From Bacteroidota bacterium (GTDB taxonomy: Bacteria > Bacteroidota > Ignavibacteria > Kapaibacteriales > UBA2268), in the NCBI GenBank assembly GCA_048267165.1, contig JBLWYD010000001.1, positions 128,073 to 192,072 on the forward strand: a stretch of DNA of 64,000 nt, given 5' to 3'. A program made the position numbers and the translations under genes. The notes beneath the pieces are model-generated. The model was not told where the DNA came from. It saw only the letters and a list, made by a program, of their open reading frames with translations, and searched no databases. Below, piece after piece: positions 45,697-54,736 of the stretch; the stretch's first letter is position 1; every line of letters starts with the position of its first letter.

Positions 45697-48600
45697 TTAT
45701 TTAACAATCATCACTTTGATGAAGTCAGAGTTACCACCAGCGTTCATTCTGATGCTATATGCTCCACTGCTTAATTCAGAACCGAAATCAGTTCTTGAAT
45801 TCCACTTGATTTCACGAGTACCTTCAGGATAGAAACCTTGACCAAATACGCCAATTACTTTTCCTACTTCGTCTATTAATTCAAACTCAACATTAGATGC
45901 TTTGTTCAAGTTAAACTTGATAACACTTTCGCCATTTACTGGGTTAGGTGATACGCTAGTTATAGAGTTAGTTGTAGTAATTTGTGTATCTTCTACATCA
46001 CTCATTACATCGTTATAGATAACGAATGCTTTGATAGTTGCATTGATTAAAGTCAATGTTGCAATATTACCAGTTAAGTCAAAAGTAGCATTAGTTGGTG
46101 ATACTGATCTTACAGTAGGATCACTCATCTTGATATGGAAGTAAGAACCATCAGAGATAGGATCTCTTAAATACCAAGTTGAACCTTGTGGGTTTCTAGT
46201 TGCATCATTCTCATCAGGAACAGTTGTAATGTCCCAAGATATAGTTACAGGATAGTTAATAGCAGTTTGACCACTTTCACCACCAGCTTGTATTTGAGCA
46301 ACATAGATTAAGTCAGTTTGACCACTTTCAGGATATATACTTCTCAAGATACCATTGATTGTAGGCAATGTCCATCTTGCGTCGAATACGTCTTGTTGTG
46401 GGTATGGAGGTAATTCATATTCACAATAGTTGTGATCTAATTTACCAACATCTTCACCATCTCTACCATCACCTGTAGTAACATTAGAAGCAGCAACACC
46501 AAATTCTAGAACTTGGAATGCACCGATTGAGTTAGTTACTGTAATAGGAGCTGTAAAGTTAGTTGCTTCAGATAATTTCAATCTAAATCTCATAATAGAA
46601 GTTTCGCCTTCTGCATCTGTAGCTTTGATTTGAACAGTAATTCTACCATCAGCATCAACAGGTACATTAGCAATGTCTGCTGTAAAGATTAAGTTAACTT
46701 TAACTGAATCATTATCAATAGTAGCACCATCTAATATGTATTTGTCTAATTCAACACCTGAAGAAGGTAATTCTACTACTAGAGTTACTTTTTCTTGAGG
46801 AGTAACAGAATCATCTCTTTCAAAGTCTTTGTCAACAACATATATAAAGTTGTTAGTAGTCAAAGAACTGTTAGGATCGATACAGTCAACATCAGGAGCA
46901 AGAGCCAATTGAGGACCTTGATTAGATGCTTCTACAACTAAAGTATAAGTTTCTAGTGCAGGAAGACCATCTTCATCAGTTACTAATACAATTACTTGTT
47001 CAGTTTTAAGTGCATCGCCTACTTCTGGAGTACCATATAGTAAACCACTTTCAGGGTTGATTTTCAACCATTCAGGAGTATAGCCATTAGCACCATATCC
47101 ATTAACATCGCCTTCATCCCAAGTACCAGCTTCAGCATAACAAGGATCTTTAGCTATTGGACCTCTACCACTGTAGATCAACTCGTAAGTATGTTCTTGG
47201 TGGAAGTTAGGGTCTTTAACTTTAATTGCTCTTGAAGAATCAATTAATTGATTATTATAATCAAATCCTTCTATAGCATTGTCTAAAGTTGTAGTTGTAA
47301 TAGTAGGTGCAAAGTTTACAAAAACTTCAAGTTTTTGTTCTAATCTTCCACCATGACCATCATTTACAACAAATACAAATGCTGTATCAGTGTTATACTC
47401 TTCATTTTGTCTATTTAATGGCGCAAGTATTTGATCAACTTCAGCTCTGTCAATTCTAATATTCAGTTTACCTGAAGTAGTAAAGTCATCAGCAAAACCA
47501 TCTATAGTAACTTCATCATCATATCTATAGATATATTTATCAGCCATCCAAATTGGTCTTTCTTGATCGATTAAAGTATCAAGTCCACCTAAGTCATTAG
47601 ATATAATAGTAGAATCAATAACAACTGTATCGCCAGCTGAGATTATTTTGTTCATGAAACCATAAGCAGTTCTACCATATCTGAAATCCCATCCGTGTTC
47701 TGAAGCAGCATAAGCATCTTCAATTTCGTCATCAGTGTTGATGTCGATTTGGAATCTTAATTTGTCAGTTACGTTAGCTTTCAATCTAGGAGTTCTTTCA
47801 TTTGTTTTACCACAAGTTAGAACACTAGGTTCGTATATTGCAATAATGTCTTTAACTGTAGTACCATCAGACTCATATCTGTATAGTTCTTCTCTTGTGA
47901 AGTTCTCATCCAAATATACTGGTGGTTGATCAATTACGAATATTTCAAATTCGTATGAAGTTTTCCAGCCATTAGCGCCTGCAACGTCGATAGTATCTTG
48001 TTGTAAGTATCTAGCTCTATCTACATCATAAGAACTTGCATTGAAGTAAGGACCATAAGTCTCTATAAACTTGTCAATTTGTTCTTGTGTAAATAATCCA
48101 GAAGCTACCATAGAATCTAATGTTCTGTAATGTGGAGGATAATTAGCAGCAGAAACTGCAACTTTCTCACCACCCGGTACTACGTACGGATTAACTGGAT
48201 GACCTTTTAATACAACATGACCTTTAGCATTGTCTTTAAGACTTAATGGATTGCTAGCATAAAGTGTATCTGCTTGTAACCAATTAGCCAAACCAGAATT
48301 TCTAGCTACATCCCAAGTGTAAGTTAAAGAAGTATAGTTATCAGGATCAGCTAAAGAACGTGGATCATAGAAGTTGTTAGAATCAACTGCAGTAATAGCT
48401 AAGATACTATCTCTAGCATTTGCATAGTTACCTGGGTAAGTTCTATCTTCAGTTATGAATATTCTATTAGCAAGATCAGTTATGTAAATAGTATCCATTT
48501 GGTTGTTAGATCTTTTAACAGGGTCTAACGATGGAACTAACTTCATAATAGTATCATTTTGTAATGTAACGATATTACCAGTAAATTCAGGAGGTAGAGT

Positions 48601-51600
48601 AGCTCTAACTATTTTGAATTCAAGACCATCGTCATAAGCAGCTATAACACCTTCTTTCCATAGTACTTGTCTAGATATAACTCTGATTACGTCACCAGTA
48701 TCAACAGGAAGAGCTTCATATCTCTCACCAGCAAAATATGTTACGATATCTTCAGTAATATTAGAAGGATCATTAATAGCAGGTCTGTTACTGTATAAAT
48801 CAGAAACTTTACCTAATTGTCTGAAATCAGCTTCATATTTTCTACCTGGTACAGTTGCACCAACTTCATTATAAGCATTATCTTCCAATTTAGCCATTAA
48901 ACTAAATCCAGCACCAAAGTTAAATAGACCTTCAGAAGTTCTTCTGTATAGTGTATTTGGATTTCTGTTTGTTGAATCAGGAACAAACTCAACTCTAGAT
49001 CTGAAGACTTCTCTATAAGGAGCAGTTTCAGAAACTTGTTGTAAGTTAGTTCTGATATAATCACCAGTAGTTTCGTTTATAACGAAGAATACTGTTTCAT
49101 TTGTAGTTTCAGGTATGTGGTTGCTTCTTTCAGCAAAGCCATCATAATCTGCATGTGATTCTAAGTATAATGGGTATCCGATAGGGTGATAGAAATCACC
49201 ATTGTTATCAGGCATAAATTCAGATTGAAGAGCAGTGATATAAGGGAATTTCAAATTGCCTTGATCATCTAACAATCCAACACAATAAGGATCTCTAGTT
49301 GTTCTTCTTACATATTTTCCATCAGAAGGTTGAGTCGGAGCTACAAATCTTCTAGTAGAGTAAGGGATACCAACTGCAAAGTCTTCGATTGGAGACATGA
49401 TTCTCTTAGAGTAATCAGCAGTTTTAATATCAGTACCTTTGTCATATAAGTCATAGATTTTACCAGACATTAATAATTTCTCATCAATACTAGTTGCAGC
49501 GTGAGTATTTTCATCACCTGTTGCGTTCTCTAACATTATAGGAGTATAAGTATATTCATCGAATATAGATTCGAATGGACCTTGCTCTAAAGGATTAGCA
49601 GAGTTTCTAACAAATGGTAATGCAGAAGTAGTACCACCAGCAACGAAGAATGTTTCATTCAACGCTAATGGATAACCTAAATCATTGATTACATCTACAG
49701 TTACATTTGCTTGAGTTCTACCCCAGAAGTTACCGTTAAGTGGATTAGTTCCACCAAGACCTAAGCCTAAGTTACCAGCCAAAACACCTTTAGTGTTAGG
49801 AGCATCAGGTAAACGAACGATAAATCTAGCATTGTTACCATATACAGAGTTACCTGCAACTGGACCTGTACCTACTGGTAATGGACCTTGCATTTCACCA
49901 TAAATAACCGCACTAGCTAAATCAGAAGATGCTTCGTTTGAAGAAATACCTTTATTACCATCTAATACGATAGGACCAGAAATAGTATTTTGTTCAACTC
50001 CAACATCAGATAAAGCAGTGTTAGCAGAGATTAATGATCTACCGAAGATCAATTTCAAATCAAAGTTATCAGAATAGATAGCAGCACCAGTATAAGCAGT
50101 GTTGTTTAATATTCTAACACGGTTGAAAGAAACTGAGTCAGTTCTGTTCAATTGATTAACATCAGCATTGTCTAAGATATAGATTGCTCCACCAAGACCA
50201 ACACCATTTTCTGGTAAGTTAGTACCTGGGTGCATTCTAGCTACATCATAATGACCAGCATTGCTAGGATTTGTTTCATTCCAAGTAGCACCACCGTCTT
50301 CTGTTTTCAATAAAGTACCATAGTCACCTACAGCATATCCAACTGAATTAGAAGAGAAGTGAATTCCTTGTAAACCAAATCTTGTTAAATCTTCCATCAA
50401 AGTCCAAGTAGCACCACCATCAGTAGTAGATAACATATCGCCATATACAGTAGTTATAAAACCTTTTGTAGAAGATATGAATACTATGTCAGTTAAGTTA
50501 GCAGTTGTACCAGATGCAACTGTATGCCATGAATCACCACCATCAGTAGTAGAAAGTAAAGTACCTCTTTCACCAATGATGAAACCTTTACTTACACTTG
50601 TAAAGAAGATTTTATTTAAGTCATAATTAGGGATTGGAGGAACAACTTCTTCCCATACTGTACCACCATCAGTAGTACGTAGGATTAATCTGTCATCTCC
50701 AACTACGAAACCTGAATTCAAGCTACCATAATAAACACCATTAAGGTTTTGTTGTTGTGGTTGCATTGTATTCCATGTTGCACCAGCATCATGAGATTCG
50801 TAGATTAGACCATTGTTAGTAACAGCATATAAATCATTTTGACCAATAGAATAGAAGTCATTGAATTGATTTAAAGTGTTAGTATTGATGTTGAACCAAG
50901 TACTACCCGCATCAGTTGATTTTTTCATGATACCTTGAGCACCAACGATATAACCAGTACTTGCGTTAACAAATTCTACATCTGTTAATCTGTGATTAGT
51001 GTTTGAAGTTGGGTATTCCCAAGTTTCGCCACCATTTTTAAATTTAACGATAGTACCAAACAAACCAACAGCATAGCCTGTTTGATCCGAAGTAAAGAAG
51101 TTAGATAGAAAAGGTGATCTTGTTCTAAATACGCCTTCAGCGAATTGTGTAGAACCAGAACCCATTTCTTCAATAGCTCTAGCTTCAGAAATAGCTTGGT
51201 TACCTTTAAATTGAGTTAACATTCTTGAGTCAGGAGGGAAGTTGATTATATCACCATAAGTGAATACATCATCTCTTGAGCTCATGCCAACTGCAACATC
51301 TTTTGAGTCATAAGAAATATTATCTGCATCAGATACAAAGTATCTTCTGTTTAAGTTAAAAGGCTCAACCATTGAAAGTGCACCACCGTTACCATTGTAA
51401 ACAGTATTACCATTAAATTCAACACCTTTAACTAAGTTAAGGTCACCACCAGAAGAATAGACTGCTCCACCACCTCTAAGTTGACCAAGGTTCTTATCAG
51501 CTACATTCATACCTACAGTATTGTTCAAGAACATTGTTCTAGATAACTGAACAGCTCTTTGGAAATATGGAGGATTATCAGCAGTAGGGATTTGGAAGTG

Positions 51601-53688
51601 AACCGCACCACCAGCATATCCAGCACTATTGCCTTCAAATCTGACAGGGAATTTACCACCGTAACCGATTAATTCACTTGCATTAATTCCACCAGCACCT
51701 GTTATTGTACCTTGTCTCTTAGAATAGATTGCACCACCCCAAGAAATAGCTGTGTTATTATTGAATTGAATATCATAACCGTAATCTCTAGTTCTTAATA
51801 AATTATCAGAACCACCAATAATAGTAGTTAATACAGGATTAGAGTTTCCATCTACATAGATAGCTCCACCAGCACCTGAAGTGTTACCTTCAAATCTAGT
51901 TGGGTTACTAGCACTTTCTCTTGCAGGACCACCTTTAACAAATAGTCTGTTTAAAGAGTTTTCTACGTATATAGCTCCACCCATAGAGTATAAACCAGCT
52001 ACAGAACCAACAGTTTCGTCAGTTAAGAATTTAGCACCAGTTTTGTTACCTTCAAAATGACCAGCTACTTGTAATGAAGTATATCTACCAGCGTAGATAG
52101 CACCACCACGAGAACCAGCAGAACTACCATTAGATTGGTAGTTATTAGCTTCGTTGCCATTTGCAACAAATGTGTCAGAATTATCAAAATCAACTTCAGC
52201 ACCATTTATCATGATACTATTGTTAATACCAAAACCAACATCGATTTTTCTATTTTCTTGACCTTCAGTTCCAGACATGTAAACAGCACCACCAAAAGCA
52301 GTGTTACCGTAAACTTGAGGATACATAGCAGGTTCATTCAATAAGTCAGATACGATCTTAACTGGAGGAGTACCTACAGTAGTTTGACCATAATTTGCTA
52401 ATTGAACTTTGTTATCGTTGAATGTTAAATTTCTCATTCTACCTAAGTAAAGTGCTAAACGACCATCATCATGTGCCATTCTTGCATAATCAGTTAATGG
52501 CTCAGCACCAGCTTCGTCAATTAAATCAATTGCAGGAATTGGGTTAGCAACTATTATAGAAGAAGGATTACCATCTCTATCAGTTATATTAGGGTTTTTG
52601 TTAGATGCGTAAGTTCCTACAGCAGCGTTAATCTGATTTCTAGCTATAGTAGCTGGAATTTCTGAAGGCGCTTGTAGTAATTGTAATGCACCACCTTTGA
52701 ATCTTGCTTTATTACCAGAAAATTCTACGTTTAATAACCATGTTCTAGAAGAGAACGTAGTAATTGCACCACCACTACCATTAGTTAGCATGTTAATTTT
52801 CTTATTAACTGCAGCCCAATTTGAGTTAGCACCACTTTGATCATAAAGAGGATCACTATCAACAGTAGTATCTTTTTTGAAATTTTCAAAAGTTGCGTTT
52901 CTGAAGAATGCTGATCTTGCACCAGGAAGAACAATAACATGTCCCCACTCTAAAGATACATTATTTATAGGTTGACCTACAAATCTGATTTTGTCTTGAA
53001 CAACGTTTACTGATGAACCACCAATTCTAGACCATGGCTTAACATTTAAGTTAACGTCATTGTTAGGGTCTTGGTTTAATCTACCAGCAACTAACATGAT
53101 CGCTTCTTCAAAAGTTATTATCTCTAAATTTGGATTAGAAATAACTGAAGCAGCGTTCAATGGATTCAACTCATTCAACTGACGAGTTGTTCTATTTAAT
53201 ACAACATTAAACAAATAGTTATATTTGTTTGGGTGAACAGATTTATCTCTTACAGTTGTAACATCGATAGTACGAATTACATCTGGAGATGGAGAGTTAT
53301 TCCCATCAAATAAGAAATAATCTAAATCCGCATAACCAGTCCAGCTTGACGGGTTCTGAGGTGTTCCAGCTATACCCAATGGATCGATACCATGTGGATT
53401 AGCAGTATATGTTGCTTCCGCAAAACCATCAGCGATGATTCTACCACCAGTTGAATCTATTAATCTCCCGTTAGGGTGAAAATAGACAGTTGTACCAGGC
53501 TCAATTATCAATGTACCGCCAACCACATACTCTCTTTCGACAGTATAGATGGAATCCTTTACAAAGACTCTTACATCACCTGGAGCTATCCTTCCGGATA
53601 TTTTAACGGTCTTCTGCGCATATCCTGAACTTGAAGACAGGATAAATGCGAAGGCCATGAGTACGCAAAGACGAATTAATCGTTGCAT
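45697..53688 (-). CDS. giant (2663 aa) secreted adhesin-like protein: Pmp-type FxxN/GGAI beta-helix repeats + BNR-like propeller + Ig/cadherin-like domains + T9SS sorting domain
   Basis: The ATG at 53688 is preceded by GGAGG 5 nt upstream and gives the signal peptide MQRLIRLCVLMAFAFILSSSSGYAQ. About a dozen GGA(I/V/L)(Y) motifs alternate with F.(G/N)N motifs. Seven (D/N)GG.(T/S)W repeats. PEWLKINPESGLLYGTP Ig-like block. C-terminus VSPNPVNGESVIKFNL...SGAYSIRMNAGGNSDFIKVMIVK. Confidence 0.92.
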   Translation of the reverse strand: MQRLIRLCVLMAFAFILSSSSGYAQKTVKISGRIAPGDVRVFVKDSIYTVEREYVVGGTLIIEPGTTVYFHPNGRLIDSTGGRIIADGFAEATYTANPHGIDPLGIAGTPQNPSSWTGYADLDYFLFDGNNSPSPDVIRTIDVTTVRDKSVHPNKYNYLFNVVLNRTTRQLNELNPLNAASVISNPNLEIITFEEAIMLVAGRLNQDPNNDVNLNVKPWSRIGGSSVNVVQDKIRFVGQPINNVSLEWGHVIVLPGARSAFFRNATFENFKKDTTVDSDPLYDQSGANSNWAAVNKKINMLTNGSGGAITTFSSRTWLLNVEFSGNKARFKGGALQLLQAPSEIPATIARNQINAAVGTYASNKNPNITDRDGNPSSIIVANPIPAIDLIDEAGAEPLTDYARMAHDDGRLALYLGRMRNLTFNDNKVQLANYGQTTVGTPPVKIVSDLLNEPAMYPQVYGNTAFGGAVYMSGTEGQENRKIDVGFGINNSIMINGAEVDFDNSDTFVANGNEANNYQSNGSSAGSRGGAIYAGRYTSLQVAGHFEGNKTGAKFLTDETVGSVAGLYSMGGAIYVENSLNRLFVKGGPARESASNPTRFEGNTSGAGGAIYVDGNSNPVLTTIIGGSDNLLRTRDYGYDIQFNNNTAISWGGAIYSKRQGTITGAGGINASELIGYGGKFPVRFEGNSAGYAGGAVHFQIPTADNPPYFQRAVQLSRTMFLNNTVGMNVADKNLGQLRGGGAVYSSGGDLNLVKGVEFNGNTVYNGNGGALSMVEPFNLNRRYFVSDADNISYDSKDVAVGMSSRDDVFTYGDIINFPPDSRMLTQFKGNQAISEARAIEEMGSGSTQFAEGVFRTRSPFLSNFFTSDQTGYAVGLFGTIVKFKNGGETWEYPTSNTNHRLTDVEFVNASTGYIVGAQGIMKKSTDAGSTWFNINTNTLNQFNDFYSIGQNDLYAVTNNGLIYESHDAGATWNTMQPQQQNLNGVYYGSLNSGFVVGDDRLILRTTDGGTVWEEVVPPIPNYDLNKIFFTSVSKGFIIGERGTLLSTTDGGDSWHTVASGTTANLTDIVFISSTKGFITTVYGDMLSTTDGGATWTLMEDLTRFGLQGIHFSSNSVGYAVGDYGTLLKTEDGGATWNETNPSNAGHYDVARMHPGTNLPENGVGLGGAIYILDNADVNQLNRTDSVSFNRVRILNNTAYTGAAIYSDNFDLKLIFGRSLISANTALSDVGVEQNTISGPIVLDGNKGISSNEASSDLASAVIYGEMQGPLPVGTGPVAGNSVYGNNARFIVRLPDAPNTKGVLAGNLGLGLGGTNPLNGNFWGRTQANVTVDVINDLGYPLALNETFFVAGGTTSALPFVRNSANPLEQGPFESIFDEYTYTPIMLENATGDENTHAATSIDEKLLMSGKIYDLYDKGTDIKTADYSKRIMSPIEDFAVGIPYSTRRFVAPTQPSDGKYVRRTTRDPYCVGLLDDQGNLKFPYITALQSEFMPDNNGDFYHPIGYPLYLESHADYDGFAERSNHIPETTNETVFFVINETTGDYIRTNLQQVSETAPYREVFRSRVEFVPDSTNRNPNTLYRRTSEGLFNFGAGFSLMAKLEDNAYNEVGATVPGRKYEADFRQLGKVSDLYSNRPAINDPSNITEDIVTYFAGERYEALPVDTGDVIRVISRQVLWKEGVIAAYDDGLEFKIVRATLPPEFTGNIVTLQNDTIMKLVPSLDPVKRSNNQMDTIYITDLANRIFITEDRTYPGNYANARDSILAITAVDSNNFYDPRSLADPDNYTSLTYTWDVARNSGLANWLQADTLYASNPLSLKDNAKGHVVLKGHPVNPYVVPGGEKVAVSAANYPPHYRTLDSMVASGLFTQEQIDKFIETYGPYFNASSYDVDRARYLQQDTIDVAGANGWKTSYEFEIFVIDQPPVYLDENFTREELYRYESDGTTVKDIIAIYEPSVLTCGKTNERTPRLKANVTDKLRFQIDINTDDEIEDAYAASEHGWDFRYGRTAYGFMNKIISAGDTVVIDSTIISNDLGGLDTLIDQERPIWMADKYIYRYDDEVTIDGFADDFTTSGKLNIRIDRAEVDQILAPLNRQNEEYNTDTAFVFVVNDGHGGRLEQKLEVFVNFAPTITTTTLDNAIEGFDYNNQLIDSSRAIKVKDPNFHQEHTYELIYSGRGPIAKDPCYAEAGTWDEGDVNGYGANGYTPEWLKINPESGLLYGTPEVGDALKTEQVIVLVTDEDGLPALETYTLVVEASNQGPQLALAPDVDCIDPNSSLTTNNFIYVVDKDFERDDSVTPQEKVTLVVELPSSGVELDKYILDGATIDNDSVKVNLIFTADIANVPVDADGRITVQIKATDAEGETSIMRFRLKLSEATNFTAPITVTNSIGAFQVLEFGVAASNVTTGDGRDGEDVGKLDHNYCEYELPPYPQQDVFDARWTLPTINGILRSIYPESGQTDLIYVAQIQAGGESGQTAINYPVTISWDITTVPDENDATRNPQGSTWYLRDPISDGSYFHIKMSDPTVRSVSPTNATFDLTGNIATLTLINATIKAFVIYNDVMSDVEDTQITTTNSITSVSPNPVNGESVIKFNLNKASNVEFELIDEVGKVIGVFGQGFYPEGTREIKWNSRTDFGSELSSGAYSIRMNAGGNSDFIKVMIVK

Positions 53689-53784
53689 AATACCTCCAAT
53701 AAACAAATTATTATTAAAAAATTAACTTTTAGTTTCATTATTATAGTGTTTAGTTTAATTCAAATGCTATTTCGCAATTAAATA

Positions 53785-54495
53785 CTAATCAATTTTTGTG
53801 CCAAGCATTGATAATCTGACTTTAGATTTATTTCCAAACTCCGAATTCTCGCTTAACTCTACTACTGATTGATATATATTTTTTGCATCTTCTTTTTTAC
53901 CAGCTTGCTCAAAGTTCAATGCGGCAAAGAATAAGTATTTAGATTTTAGCACATCTTCATCTAATTTGTCAGCTGCTTTCTTATAATTTCCCGCAGCACT
54001 TTCTAACTTACCATCTTCTTCATCACATAGTGCTAAACCTGCATAAGCTCCTGATTGCACGACTTCCGACTTGCTATCAGATGCTTTATCAAAGTAATTC
54101 CTTGCATCTGCAAATTGATTAGAGTTAACATAAGCGTTACCTGCGTATAGTGCAGCTAACTTACCTTCATTAGTTCCATCATACTTATTAGCTATCTCTA
54201 CTAGACCCATTGCATCAATTCCTATAGAAGTAGTGCCACCATCTAGAGCTACAGCGTAGTTACCAGAATCAAATTCAGGTAATATTTTTGATAATGCCAT
54301 AGCAGCTTCTTGAGTTGCTTTTTCTGTTTGACTTGCAGAGTAATAGTAATAACCTACTGCAGCTAATACAATTACAATGATTATTCCAAATATCGTTCCG
54401 TTCTTTTTGAGCTTTTGAGCCGATTCTTCATCAACTAAATTCTCAGTAAGCTTAGTTCCGATTTTTAATTCTTCTTGTTCTTCCGAATGGGACAT
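53785..54495 (-). CDS. single-pass membrane protein with TPR-like repeats (YfgM-like architecture)
   Basis: One TM helix (GIIIVIVLAAVGYYYY) followed by Ala/Tyr/Asn-rich helical repeats (AALYAGNAYVNSNQFADARNYFDKA, AAGNYKKAADKL, FAALNFEQAGKKEDAKNIY). Confidence 0.75.
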   Translation of the reverse strand: MSHSEEQEELKIGTKLTENLVDEESAQKLKKNGTIFGIIIVIVLAAVGYYYYSASQTEKATQEAAMALSKILPEFDSGNYAVALDGGTTSIGIDAMGLVEIANKYDGTNEGKLAALYAGNAYVNSNQFADARNYFDKASDSKSEVVQSGAYAGLALCDEEDGKLESAAGNYKKAADKLDEDVLKSKYLFFAALNFEQAGKKEDAKNIYQSVVELSENSEFGNKSKVRLSMLGTKID

Positions 54496-54607
54496 TTTAT
54501 AATCCTTTTATATTCAATTACTTATAAAAAATAAATGTACAACAAGCACAATTAAATAATTATGCACACTTTCTATTGTACCTAGCATACAAATATATAA
54601 CAACAAA

Positions 54608-54636
54608 CCCGAATATCCAATTATTGAATATTCGGG
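54608..54636 (-). terminator. rho-independent terminator after the E1 gene
   Basis: Perfect 9-bp stem CCCGAATAT (54608-54616) / ATATTCGGG (54628-54636). T-rich on the minus strand after the hairpin. Confidence 0.75.
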
Positions 54637-54736
54637 CGTTATCTTTTTATCTTATTTATTTAGCTTGTGTGTAATTTTGATATTACAGTGTCAGATTATT
54701 TCCACACAAAATCCTTGTATTGTTTTACACACTTAT

